Sequence record: PP724615.1
Direction: 5' to 3' (one strand)
DNA length: 64,000 nucleotides
Origin: Escherichia phage HK6
Part shown: piece after piece, positions 7,363 to 16,425 of the stretch
How positions within the stretch are numbered: position 1 is the stretch's first letter
Layout: every line of letters starts with the position of its first letter
Program-made: the position numbers and the translations under genes
The notes under the pieces: generated by a model
What the model was told of the DNA's origin: nothing
Seen by the model: the letters and a program-made list of their open reading frames with translations, nothing else
Database searches by the model: none

Positions 7363-9693
7363 TTAAATAGTACAACCACCGGATGCACAACCGGCTGCTT
7401 CTTCTCCAGCACCTCCACCATTTGCGGTATTGAAGTTAGCATAATACCAAGTTTTCCACCCATACTTAACAGCAGTCATGAAATCACGAACCACTACTGG
7501 GCCAGGAATGATTTCATTCTCAAACTTGGTGTAGTCATAGTACATATTCGTACTGATAGACTGACTGAAGAATTTCTGCATAGTTGCTACCCACTTGATC
7601 CACTCGATACGATCTACATCATAAGCCAGTTTATAGCTCATTAACGTTTCCCAATCGGTTGCACCCGGAGCAATTGCAATTACTTTATTCACTGCACTAC
7701 CCTTGATAGATACAATCTTACGAGGCGGTTCAATAGAGTTAGTAACACCTAACAGAACAGAAGAACTTTCTCCCGGCATCTGAGCAGTCAGAACAGAGTT
7801 ACGCATACCATATTTCAGAATATCTGCACGCAGAGACTCCCAGTCCATTTCTAGACCTACGGATACCAGTTCATCAACAGTTTTCTTGTACGTGTCGATT
7901 ACCAGAATTCCTTTAGATGGTTTAGTACGATCAAACCACTCACATGCACCCTGTTCTTTAGCTAGTCGTACAGAGGCTTTATGCAGGAAGTAAGACAGTT
8001 TTTCAGCCTCACGGTGAATCCAGTTACGGGCTTCAATACCTTCATAAGCCAGACCTTCTGCTGCCATTGCACCTGCTGCGTTCATTAGTCCAATACCAAC
8101 ATTACGACGTTTCTTAGCCGTATATTCCATAGTTGGGAACGGATAATCCTGAATTTCAATAATTGTATCAACGAATTTCAGAAGGATGTAGCAAGTTTTT
8201 TCCCACTCAGCTAGTGATTCCATACGTCCAAGTACAACACCACCTAAGTTACACAAAGATACTTCACCAATATCCTCCGGTTTCATTTGATCAAGCTGCT
8301 CTTTTGTCTTATACAGCTCTGTGATATGATGGAACGGGCGTGTAGGCTGAGTAATTTCAACACAAAGGTTTGTCATACGGATCGGATCAAGGAAATTACC
8401 GTGACGATTAGATTCCCCGATGTGATGAGCATACATACGTCCTGTTTCCATTCGGATACGTAGCCAAGTATCTAGGATTTCTTTTGCAGAGACTTTAGGA
8501 GCTGCAGGAACTGTTTTTCCTTCGTGGTCGATCTTTGTAAGAGATGCCACACGTTTCTCCGCTGCCACGTAGATTTCTTCAAATTTAGCCTCGTCATCAC
8601 TATAAAACGCTTCATGAACTTCTGGAGCATAGAAGTATGACATTAGCGTAATATCTTCGTTTTTAAGATAACGTTTTAACAAAAGATTGTTAAAGCTCAG
8701 AGAATAATCCATCTTATCGATTTTATTCTCATCTGTAGCACGTTGTTGCTTAACCTGCATCAATTGAATGATTTCAGGGTCGAAGTATGGATAAGACACT
8801 GTAGCAGAACCACCACGAGTTTGCTGAGTATTGGCCTTTACTGAGCGGTCAATGTGTCGATAATATGGCAGTTTTCCGGAATGCGGGAATGCCCCATTTC
8901 GCACCGGATCAGCAATTGATCGGCTTTCAAGATGATACCCGATTCCCGCTCTGGCTGCGACCATTTTGAAGACGATGTGCTCGGCGGTGTCGATTGAATC
9001 CAACGTGTCAGTGGAATCCACGAGGCAGCAACTAGCAAATCCACGGTCACTAGAGCGCAGACCAACCAGTGGCGGCGTAGGAACGTTGATTTTGTGGAGT
9101 GACATTGCGTTGTAGAGATCGATTGCATCTAGAATTGTCCAGTTAGGTTGAGATAGCATCGCCATTGCCATACCCATGTAGGCAAACTGCGGAGTTTCGT
9201 AAATTTCACCAGTGGCTATGTTACGACGGGAATACTTATCAAAGAACTGCTTCAGTCCACCACTAGTAAAAAGACGGTCACGATCATGGTCGATAACCTG
9301 ATTCAGAGCTTCAAATTGCTCATCGGTAATCCATGCACTCATGTCTTCCCATGCACCTACGCTAACCATATGGTCATGGAAGAAGCGTAGAGAAGGTGGT
9401 TCGAAAGAATCATAAAGGCGTTTACGCATTTGCGCAAGACGTAATTCCTTTGCTGGCACATCATATGCTGGATTATCTTTAATAAGACTTTCAGCAGCTT
9501 TAATTAATGCATCCATCAGAGTGTCGGAATCTACAACCCCTTTAGGCAGAGTTTTTTGAGCAGCCATAGTAATGGCTGACCAACTTACATCAACTGTTTT
9601 GCAACCATACTCTGCCCAACCATTGATTTTTTCAGGAGCAAAGTCTTCTACAGTACCGTCACGTTTAATTACTTTTTCAATGCGATGGCTCAT
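7363..9693 (-). CDS. nrdA: class Ia ribonucleotide reductase large subunit, 776 aa from ATG 9693
   Basis: ATP-cone VIKRDGTVEDF, active-site NLCVEI, C-terminal CASGGC; AAGGAAA RBS precedes ATG 9693, the upstream extension to 9798 runs through the promoter. Confidence 0.95.
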   Translation of the reverse strand: MSHRIEKVIKRDGTVEDFAPEKINGWAEYGCKTVDVSWSAITMAAQKTLPKGVVDSDTLMDALIKAAESLIKDNPAYDVPAKELRLAQMRKRLYDSFEPPSLRFFHDHMVSVGAWEDMSAWITDEQFEALNQVIDHDRDRLFTSGGLKQFFDKYSRRNIATGEIYETPQFAYMGMAMAMLSQPNWTILDAIDLYNAMSLHKINVPTPPLVGLRSSDRGFASCCLVDSTDTLDSIDTAEHIVFKMVAARAGIGYHLESRSIADPVRNGAFPHSGKLPYYRHIDRSVKANTQQTRGGSATVSYPYFDPEIIQLMQVKQQRATDENKIDKMDYSLSFNNLLLKRYLKNEDITLMSYFYAPEVHEAFYSDDEAKFEEIYVAAEKRVASLTKIDHEGKTVPAAPKVSAKEILDTWLRIRMETGRMYAHHIGESNRHGNFLDPIRMTNLCVEITQPTRPFHHITELYKTKEQLDQMKPEDIGEVSLCNLGGVVLGRMESLAEWEKTCYILLKFVDTIIEIQDYPFPTMEYTAKKRRNVGIGLMNAAGAMAAEGLAYEGIEARNWIHREAEKLSYFLHKASVRLAKEQGACEWFDRTKPSKGILVIDTYKKTVDELVSVGLEMDWESLRADILKYGMRNSVLTAQMPGESSSVLLGVTNSIEPPRKIVSIKGSAVNKVIAIAPGATDWETLMSYKLAYDVDRIEWIKWVATMQKFFSQSISTNMYYDYTKFENEIIPGPVVVRDFMTAVKYGWKTWYYANFNTANGGGAGEEAAGCASGGCTI

Positions 9694-9731
9694 TTGGCTT
9701 TCCTTTTTATAGTTATCAGGATTTAAGGAAT

Positions 9732-9760
9732 ATTCTACTTTATTATCGGTCATTAGGCAA
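9732..9760 (-). promoter_or_regulatory. sigma70 promoter TTGCCT-17-TAGAAT (nrdA)
   Basis: -35 9755..9760, -10 9732..9737. Confidence 0.6.
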
Positions 9761-9775
9761 ATAAAATTTTCTGAT

Positions 9776-9809
9776 AGAAAAGGCCCGAGTATTTTCATAC
9801 CCAGGCCCT
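9776..9809 (-). terminator. terminator after phoH unit (imperfect GGGCC..GGCCC stem + TTTTC)
   Basis: stem about 9782..9808. Confidence 0.55.
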
Positions 9810-9835
9810 GTATATTACCAGTCTAGCTTTTTAGC

Positions 9836-10057
9836 TTATTCAATTACTTTAGCTCTAGCTACTTCTTTTAATAGAATATCTATGGAGGTGCTCAGCTCGT
9901 TATAATTGAATGGTTTATTTGGATTTGAGGTTACAATTTTCCACGCTAGGGTTGTCTTAGGACTTTCTTCCCCTTCCTTACGTGTAATCATATTAGCAGC
10001 ACTCAGTGAAGTACGATGTATTTTAGTTTTACGGCTCAGATGAACGACGTTTCCCAT
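9836..10057 (-). CDS. hypothetical protein, 73 aa
   Basis: ATG 10057 lies 1 nt after the phoH stop (coupling); the longer track ORF would overlap phoH by 68 nt. Confidence 0.45.
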   Translation of the reverse strand: MGNVVHLSRKTKIHRTSLSAANMITRKEGEESPKTTLAWKIVTSNPNKPFNYNELSTSIDILLKEVARAKVIE

Positions 10058-10058
10058 A

Positions 10059-10811
10059 TTACACCTTCCCCATGTCTTTAAAAATATCATAGAATGCTTT
10101 AGACTCAACAGAACGAACGTTATCAATCAATTCGATCATTGAGAATGGGGCATTTTCGTATTTCTCATAGACTTCCATAAGGAGTGCTAGACCTGAGTCA
10201 CCTTTAATGTCTTTCTGAGCTATATCTCCGCAGATAATTAAACGGCAGTCTTGTCCTACACGAGTTAGGAGACAAATCATTGCCTCAACGGAAATATTCT
10301 GAGCTTCATCGACAATTACATAGGAGTTGTTGAAAGTTCTGCCACGAGCATGTTCGATAGCCAAAAATTTAATTTTCTGACGTTCGACATATCCTTTATA
10401 TGCATGATCGCCGATGGCCCATTTCATACCATCAGCTATTGGCTCCAACCAAGGTTCTAGCTTTTCCGCTAGATCACCAGGAAGCATACCAAGAGACTTG
10501 CCTAGAGGTTCATTAGGACGTACGAGAATCACTTGCTCAATATCTGAGTGAATGTCTACGAGTTCCTGAGCTGCAAGAACGGACGGAATAAAGGTTTTAC
10601 CAGTACCCGGCTCACCGATACCCACAGTCACTGTGTTGTTCTTGATCATATTGATATATGATTTTTGCTCGCGGTTTTTACCTACTAGGGATTTAGCAAC
10701 TGGATTAGCGTAATCATTAGAAAAATCAGCCTGAATTACGTTGTTCTCATATTTGTTGCCACGCTTTCTTGAACCATTGCGGTTCTCTCTTTTTTGACGT
10801 GCTTTTCCCAT
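10059..10811 (-). CDS. phoH: PhoH-like ATPase, 250 aa from ATG 10811
   Basis: Walker A GEPGTGKT, Walker B VIVDEAQN; AGGAG 8 nt before ATG 10811. Confidence 0.9.
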   Translation of the reverse strand: MGKARQKRENRNGSRKRGNKYENNVIQADFSNDYANPVAKSLVGKNREQKSYINMIKNNTVTVGIGEPGTGKTFIPSVLAAQELVDIHSDIEQVILVRPNEPLGKSLGMLPGDLAEKLEPWLEPIADGMKWAIGDHAYKGYVERQKIKFLAIEHARGRTFNNSYVIVDEAQNISVEAMICLLTRVGQDCRLIICGDIAQKDIKGDSGLALLMEVYEKYENAPFSMIELIDNVRSVESKAFYDIFKDMGKV

Positions 10812-10884
10812 AAATAACACTCCTATAGTGTACTTCGCTAACAGAGGATCAACAAAAAGATCTTGTTTATCAACTTACAAATAT

Positions 10885-10913
10885 ATTATACCAATATATA
10901 CAGTAAAAAGCAA
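10885..10913 (-). promoter_or_regulatory. sigma70 early promoter TTGCTT-17-TATAAT (phoH)
   Basis: -35 10908..10913, -10 10885..10890. Confidence 0.75.
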
Positions 10914-10962
10914 CTACAATTTTAAATAAGCCTATGATATTGCATTTAAATAAAAAATTTGC

Positions 10963-10990
10963 TTGCTTTTAACGTGAGATGTGTGATACT
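10963..10990 (+). promoter_or_regulatory. possible promoter TTGCTT-16-GATACT with extended TGT
   Basis: read directly; weaker -10. Confidence 0.4.
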
Positions 10991-11105
10991 AGATAATCAT
11001 TTTATATCGCGTGCACGAGTGCGTGATTATACAATTTTTAATAGAGATTGGCAAATAAAATTTTTTGACTCAGATCATGTTACAGAACTTTATAGTAAAA
11101 TATTG

Positions 11106-11134
11106 TTGACATCCGCCCTCGAATGAGTTATAAT
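11106..11134 (+). promoter_or_regulatory. consensus sigma70 promoter TTGACA-17-TATAAT (nrdD)
   Basis: -35 11106..11111, -10 11129..11134. Confidence 0.85.
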
Positions 11135-11163
11135 AGTAGTCTTAGTTAGAGAAGGAGAGTATA

Positions 11164-13038
11164 ATGAATCGCAATGAAGAACTAAAGTATAAAGAAATGC
11201 AGGCGTTAATTAGAAACTGCAAAGAGATTATCGAAGGGTCAGCAGATGAAGAGCTGCTGTTTAATAATGCTAATAAACCCTCAGAACGTTTCCCTACACA
11301 AAGGGATATGCTTGCAGGTGAGTTGAGTAAGTATCTGATTCTAGAAGAAATGCCAATTCAGATTCGAAATGCTCATATGATTGGGGATATTCATTTCCAT
11401 GATGCTGATTATGCTGCATTAGGCATGACTAATTGTTGTCTGGTAGCTCTGGAAGATATGTTAAAGAATGGTATGAAGGTTGGTAATGCTGAAATTAGCA
11501 CTCCAAACTCTATTACCACTGCGGCGGCTATTACTGCTCAAATTATCACTCAGGTTAGCTCCCATCAGTATGGTGGTACTTCTGTAGATCGCCTTGATGA
11601 AGTATTAGCCCCTTATGTTCGTAAATCCTATGACAAAAATCATGCGTTTGCAAAACGTTGGACTAAGGATGAAGCCAAAGCATCCGTAATGGCTACGGAG
11701 ATGACTGAAAAAGAAGTCTATGACGCTTGTCAGGGTTTAGAATATGAAATCAATACCATGTTCAACTCTAATGGTCAGAGTCCATTTATTACCTTTGGTT
11801 TTGGTCTAGGAACTTCTTGGGAAGCACGTCTAGTACAGAAAGCAATACTGAAAGTACGCATGGATGGTTTAGGTATCAATAAACGTACAGCTATCTTCCC
11901 AAAACTGGTATTTGTACTTCGTGATGGTGTTAACATGAAACCAGGAGATGTTAATTATGACATCAAGAAGTTAGCTATGAAATGTACTGCTGAACGTATG
12001 TATCCAGATTATATCAGCTATGACAAGGTTGTAGAAGTTACTGGAGACTACAAAGTTTCTATGGGCTGCCGTTCATTCCTAGCTGCTACAGAAGATGGTG
12101 AAACTGCCGGTCGTAATAACTTAGGTGTTGTTTCTGTAAACTTGCCTAGAATTGCTATCGAAGCTGAAGGAAATATTGACCTATTCTTTGATTTGCTTGA
12201 GCTACGTGTGGATACAGCGTTAAAAGCATTGGAGTGGAGAGTTGATCGCTTAAAATACATTCAAGCTAAAGCTGCACCTATCCTCTATATGTCCGGAGCC
12301 TTTGGGTTACGCTTGGGGCCTGATGAGTATGTGTTCGATCATTTCTATAACCGTGCTTCTGTATCTCTAGGGTATATTGGTTGCCATGAAATGCTACAGT
12401 TCATGTTTGGCAAAGATGTAGACACAATGTCCGAGACCTGCATCAAGTTTGTTCAGCGTGTATTGCAGTACATGCGGGATAGAGTCGATCAGAAGAAGGA
12501 AGAGACTAAGTTAGGTTATAGCTTGTATGCTACACCGTCAGAGTCCCTATGCGATAGGTTTTGCCGTTTAGATCGTGAATATTTCCCAGAGCATGAAGAT
12601 ATTCTGTCTAAAGGATACTACACTAACTCGCACCACCTTGATGTAGAACGTAAAGTTGCTCCCAATGTGAAATTTGATTATGAATCTAACTTTACTCCTA
12701 TTGCTTCTGGTGGGTGCATTTCCTATGTAGAACTACCAGATATGAAACGATTCCCAGATGCACTGGAATGGGTTATTAATTATGCTGCTAGTAAAGTTCA
12801 TTACTTCGGTATTAATACTCCAGTGGATTCTTGTGGTAAATGTGGATTCTTAGGTGAAACAGTAGCATCCGAAGATGGGTTTAAGTGCCCTATCTGTGGT
12901 AATCATGACCCCGAAACTCTTGAAGTAACTCGTCGAGTTTGTGGGTATCTTGGAAATCCAGGTGCTCGTCCATTTAACCCCGGCAAACAGCACGAGGTAA
13001 TGGGCAGAGTGAAGCATCAAGATATTCGAGCTAAGTAA
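11164..13038 (+). CDS. nrdD: anaerobic (class III) ribonucleotide reductase large subunit, 624 aa
   Basis: C-terminal glycyl-radical motif RRVCGYLG and Zn site CGKCGF..CPICG; GAAGGAG RBS. Confidence 0.95.
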   Translation: MNRNEELKYKEMQALIRNCKEIIEGSADEELLFNNANKPSERFPTQRDMLAGELSKYLILEEMPIQIRNAHMIGDIHFHDADYAALGMTNCCLVALEDMLKNGMKVGNAEISTPNSITTAAAITAQIITQVSSHQYGGTSVDRLDEVLAPYVRKSYDKNHAFAKRWTKDEAKASVMATEMTEKEVYDACQGLEYEINTMFNSNGQSPFITFGFGLGTSWEARLVQKAILKVRMDGLGINKRTAIFPKLVFVLRDGVNMKPGDVNYDIKKLAMKCTAERMYPDYISYDKVVEVTGDYKVSMGCRSFLAATEDGETAGRNNLGVVSVNLPRIAIEAEGNIDLFFDLLELRVDTALKALEWRVDRLKYIQAKAAPILYMSGAFGLRLGPDEYVFDHFYNRASVSLGYIGCHEMLQFMFGKDVDTMSETCIKFVQRVLQYMRDRVDQKKEETKLGYSLYATPSESLCDRFCRLDREYFPEHEDILSKGYYTNSHHLDVERKVAPNVKFDYESNFTPIASGGCISYVELPDMKRFPDALEWVINYAASKVHYFGINTPVDSCGKCGFLGETVASEDGFKCPICGNHDPETLEVTRRVCGYLGNPGARPFNPGKQHEVMGRVKHQDIRAK

Positions 13039-13045
13039 GCTAATC

Positions 13046-13078
13046 AGCCGGGTTGCTAGTCGACCTGGCTTTTATTTT
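13046..13078 (+). terminator. terminator after nrdD
   Basis: AGCCGGGT/ACCTGGCT stem 13046..13070 then TTTTATTTT. Confidence 0.8.
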
Positions 13079-13080
13079 AT

Positions 13081-13109
13081 TTGCTTTCATCCAAAAATTT
13101 ATATATAAT
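13081..13109 (+). promoter_or_regulatory. sigma70 early promoter TTGCTT-17-TATAAT with conserved leader ATAAATTTGAGAGGAG
   Basis: -35 13081..13086, -10 13104..13109. Confidence 0.8.
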
Positions 13110-13137
13110 AGATTTATAAATTTGAGAGGAGAAAGAT

Positions 13138-13518
13138 ATGGAATTAAAGCCCTATATAGTTGAATCTACATGTGGTAGTTTCCATCTGGGTGTGGATGAT
13201 ATTGCTGAGGCTGTCTTTGCTGCTACAGGTGATTACTCGCATATAGAGGGTGTTGCATACCCTACCATTATTGGCGATTGGGTGGAAACAAATCTAGATG
13301 TATCGCCTTATAACCCATATTGCTTGTTTGATGAAGACAGAGATGAAGTAAAATGTAATCTTGAATTTGTGTATAATAGAGTGTTAAAAGTATACCAACG
13401 TAGCCCCAATGGGTACGAAGATATTACTTGGAGTATTAAACAGTATCTTAAAGATATATACTCTAGTTTTTCTGACGAAGACCTAGAAATAGTTGCAGTG
13501 GAGTTTAATAATGACTAA
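13138..13518 (+). CDS. strongly acidic hypothetical protein, 126 aa
   Basis: GAGGAG RBS behind a T5-type early promoter; 25 D/E versus 8 K/R by my count. Confidence 0.6.
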   Translation: MELKPYIVESTCGSFHLGVDDIAEAVFAATGDYSHIEGVAYPTIIGDWVETNLDVSPYNPYCLFDEDRDEVKCNLEFVYNRVLKVYQRSPNGYEDITWSIKQYLKDIYSSFSDEDLEIVAVEFNND

Positions 13519-13717
13519 GAATGTGAAACACCTTAAATATCGCTTAATTTACAACGGACGTATGGAAACAGAAGATCTGGCCCAGTTAGCTATTAATTCT
13601 AAGGAGGTTACAGTGCGTGCGCTGGCAATTGAAAAGTTGCGTGCCTCTTATGAAAATCGTGTTATGGAATTAGAGGAGAAACTTTATGGCATTCTCGAAG
13701 CCGATGCTACCAGATAA
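13511..13717 (+). CDS. hypothetical protein, 68 aa
   Basis: GGAG 7 nt before ATG 13511, overlapping upstream stop. Confidence 0.45.
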   Translation: MTKNVKHLKYRLIYNGRMETEDLAQLAINSKEVTVRALAIEKLRASYENRVMELEEKLYGILEADATR

Positions 13718-13907
13718 GGGTTTAAACGCCGCTTTGGAAAACGCATTAATGCAGCACTGGGAAACTGGCTATAAGGATGGTGTTGAATCCTGCGCTACTA
13801 TGCTAGAAGTTATTGCTAATACCTTAATGGAGAAAGGCAATAAAGAATTAGCTGAGCTATTAGATAGTATTGGGCAAAACTTCAGAGAACAGGTGAAAAA
13901 TGCGTAG
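13686..13907 (+). CDS. hypothetical protein, 73 aa
   Basis: GGAGAA RBS, operon context. Confidence 0.5.
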   Translation: MAFSKPMLPDKGLNAALENALMQHWETGYKDGVESCATMLEVIANTLMEKGNKELAELLDSIGQNFREQVKNA

Positions 13908-14736
13908 ATTAATTATTATTAGTGGTGCAGGTTTGAGTGTTGAAAGTGGTGTACGAGCTTTTCGTACTAATACTGCTAGCGGTAAAGCATTGTGGGATGA
14001 TTATGATCTAGAAGAAGTATGTAATATTCATGCCTTTCGTGGTAATTTTTATCATAAAACCCATATGTTTTACAACAAGCGTCGTGAAGAGCTAAAAACT
14101 GTTGAACCCAATCTTGCGCATTTGCGTATTGGTGAATGGTATAAACAATATCCAGGTCAAGTAGTAAACTTGACTACCAACGTTGATGACCTTATTGAGC
14201 GTGCTGGCGTTTCACATAGTGACATTCTGCACATTCACGGATATTTAAAAGAGGTTGTTGTAGCTGATAGCTACAATAGTAGCAATAAACGGATTATTGA
14301 TGTAGGATACAGTTCTATCGATCCGGATGATTATAAATGGGTTAAACCTAATGTAATCTTCTTTGGAGAGCATGCTCCAGCATATGCAGAAATGTACAAT
14401 GTTTTTGATGGTATTACCAGTCAAGATATGATTGTTGTGGTTGGTTGTTCTAACCAAGTAATTAACTTCTACTGGGAATTATTTCCTGTTCTTAATTTGA
14501 CTGCTGCGAAACTTATGGTTGTTAACTACCATGATAGTGCCCTCGCAGCGGAACCGGGCTATCAAGGTATGACTCGTAGTGAGATGTACCAGCTGGAGGA
14601 ACGCGGTATCCCTTACTGGAGTAAAGGTGCGGTAGATGCTTTCAGTGACCCTGATTTTATTGCTCGTGTAGAAGCTCATTTAGAGGGTAGACCTTATGTG
14701 TTGAGAAGCAAGGGAAACAGATATGTCCATAGTTAA
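13900..14736 (+). CDS. Sir2-family NAD-dependent deacylase / ADP-ribosyltransferase homologue, 278 aa
   Basis: GAGLSVESGVRAFR (NAD pocket), TTNVDDL, catalytic HIHG, PNVIFFGE, VVVGCS motifs. Confidence 0.8.
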   Translation: MRRLIIISGAGLSVESGVRAFRTNTASGKALWDDYDLEEVCNIHAFRGNFYHKTHMFYNKRREELKTVEPNLAHLRIGEWYKQYPGQVVNLTTNVDDLIERAGVSHSDILHIHGYLKEVVVADSYNSSNKRIIDVGYSSIDPDDYKWVKPNVIFFGEHAPAYAEMYNVFDGITSQDMIVVVGCSNQVINFYWELFPVLNLTAAKLMVVNYHDSALAAEPGYQGMTRSEMYQLEERGIPYWSKGAVDAFSDPDFIARVEAHLEGRPYVLRSKGNRYVHS

Positions 14737-14905
14737 ATCTGTATATACACATCCCGATGACATATTTGTATGGGCAGATGGTAGTTGGTGCTATCGATGT
14801 GAGTTATGGGAAATGGACTATAAATCCGATGACTATGGCGTCATATATGTTGATACGGTTGAGTATGATACGTTCTTAGAAAGGAACAAAAATGGAAATA
14901 AGTAA
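14723..14905 (+). CDS. hypothetical protein, 60 aa
   Basis: ORF in operon, overlaps both neighbours by a few codons. Confidence 0.45.
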   Translation: MSIVKSVYTHPDDIFVWADGSWCYRCELWEMDYKSDDYGVIYVDTVEYDTFLERNKNGNK

Positions 14906-15398
14906 TACTCCAATTATTTTTCTAGATATTGATGGGGTGCTCAATTCGAGCATCTCCCACCATCATGCACCTGATAATGAAAAGATTTTCTTTGGAAGTG
15001 ACTGGGTTTTCAAACCGCTTCTCAAGGCTTTTCAGGATTTTATTCGTCCTTCTCCGATAATGATTGTTGGAGTATCCTCATGGTTCTCTGTCAGGAATGA
15101 GATGGAAAACGTTCAGATTATGACCGGATTAGGTCTTATCGATCGTTTTCTTGGTACAACGGATTTTACTGGGGGTGGATTATCTAGGGGTAATTCTGTT
15201 CTTCGCTTCGTTGAAAAGCATAAGCTCAAACATTGGTGTGTGCTTGATGATGCTGGTGCTATGATGTATCAGTATCCAACGGTTATAGTCAACGGTAGGA
15301 CTGGGATAAATCTTCAAGATTTAAAAGCTGTTAGCTATATGCTAGAATTTAGCCCAGATCTTGAAATGTGTAAATCCTTACAACAATTTAAGGTGTAA
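14892..15398 (+). CDS. HAD-superfamily phosphatase-like protein, 168 aa
   Basis: motif I IIFLDIDGVLN and late VLDDAG motif; AAGGAA RBS. Confidence 0.6.
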   Translation: MEISNTPIIFLDIDGVLNSSISHHHAPDNEKIFFGSDWVFKPLLKAFQDFIRPSPIMIVGVSSWFSVRNEMENVQIMTGLGLIDRFLGTTDFTGGGLSRGNSVLRFVEKHKLKHWCVLDDAGAMMYQYPTVIVNGRTGINLQDLKAVSYMLEFSPDLEMCKSLQQFKV

Positions 15399-15400
15399 AT

Positions 15401-15829
15401 ATGTTCAATAATGTATTCTCTAAAGAAGCTAACCCAATTTTGGTTAACTTTTGGCGTACTCTCCCAGCTAGCCTGTATAATGAGGCTATTAACTCCTTGA
15501 AAATATGGTGTGAGAATAATGAAATCTCCTTTGCTTTTAAAGATGATATTGATGAGGCCCCCTGTATTGGTTTAATTGTTCAGGTAGAGGAGGGTCTTGA
15601 GGAGATTGTCGGCTGGAAAGAGTTAGATGAAATAGGCTTAGTTTTTGCGTTAAACTATAAGCTGTTTATGCCTGCTAAGCATCGCCTCGTTGTTAACTAT
15701 AAAACTAGTGAATCTCCTGGTTTTCAAGTTAATGAACGTTACGGTTGGTCTTACTTACCGGAAGAAGTAAATGATGGTATCCAAAAACTTCGCCGTTTTG
15801 GTTATCAAATTCCGGGTTTAACTGCTTAA
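15401..15829 (+). CDS. hypothetical protein, 142 aa, paralogue of next gene
   Basis: AAGGTG RBS; shares PCIG..W.EL...GL..ALN..F.P...G(Y/I).(I/V)PGL pattern with 15839..16231. Confidence 0.6.
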   Translation: MFNNVFSKEANPILVNFWRTLPASLYNEAINSLKIWCENNEISFAFKDDIDEAPCIGLIVQVEEGLEEIVGWKELDEIGLVFALNYKLFMPAKHRLVVNYKTSESPGFQVNERYGWSYLPEEVNDGIQKLRRFGYQIPGLTA

Positions 15830-15838
15830 GGAGGAAGA

Positions 15839-16231
15839 ATGGAACAAGTATATTGGCGTCAGATTGACCCTAGTTTGGTGAAGCGTGCGGAAAAGCTGCT
15901 ACAACGTTGGTTAGGGGTAAGGCAAGCCTCCTTCACTTTTCCGGAGCAGCAAACGGATGATCCCTGCATTGGCGTTTTCCTGTCTGGATATGCCGGGGAA
16001 TGGGAGATGGACTGGAATGAATTGTCAGCTATGGGTTTAATTGTTGCCCTAAACTTCTCTATATTCCATCCACGTGGTTTGGCCATATGTCGCGTGCCTG
16101 ATGACGGTTGTTCGCCCCATCTTTTACAGGTGGAAAATGATATTTGGGAGTACACTCCAGATATTCTCGCAGAAGCTAAAGAACAATTAAATCGTGTTGG
16201 GATTTATGTTCCGGGATTAAATGATGAATAA
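15839..16231 (+). CDS. hypothetical protein, 130 aa, paralogue of previous gene
   Basis: AAGGAGGAAG RBS; see paralogue. Confidence 0.6.
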   Translation: MEQVYWRQIDPSLVKRAEKLLQRWLGVRQASFTFPEQQTDDPCIGVFLSGYAGEWEMDWNELSAMGLIVALNFSIFHPRGLAICRVPDDGCSPHLLQVENDIWEYTPDILAEAKEQLNRVGIYVPGLNDE

Positions 16232-16418
16232 GGAATTTTGGAAAATAAAAGGGAAGATTTCTAAGTGGAATACTACAGGGAAAATTAGTAAGTCTCTAGA
16301 GATAGAGATAGCTAGAATGTTTACTGATCCTAATTTTGATATAGAAAAACTAAGCAAAGTAGATGCTAAAAAAGTAGATAAGTATATAGAAGAGATTAGA
16401 AGTATTTTAAGTGTCTAA
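16221..16418 (+). CDS. hypothetical lysine-rich protein, 65 aa
   Basis: last ORF of operon, followed by terminator 16426..16451. Confidence 0.45.
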   Translation: MMNKEFWKIKGKISKWNTTGKISKSLEIEIARMFTDPNFDIEKLSKVDAKKVDKYIEEIRSILSV

Positions 16419-16425
16419 TCCACGT

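Noticed and set aside
7275-7463. 62-aa minus ORF between nrdA and nrdB
   Set aside because: It spans the nrdA terminator and the nrdB promoter and overlaps the nrdA 3' end. No RBS is present.
9694-9798. 35-codon upstream extension of nrdA
   Set aside because: It runs through the nrdA promoter, while ATG 9693 has an AAGGAAA RBS and begins the ATP-cone.
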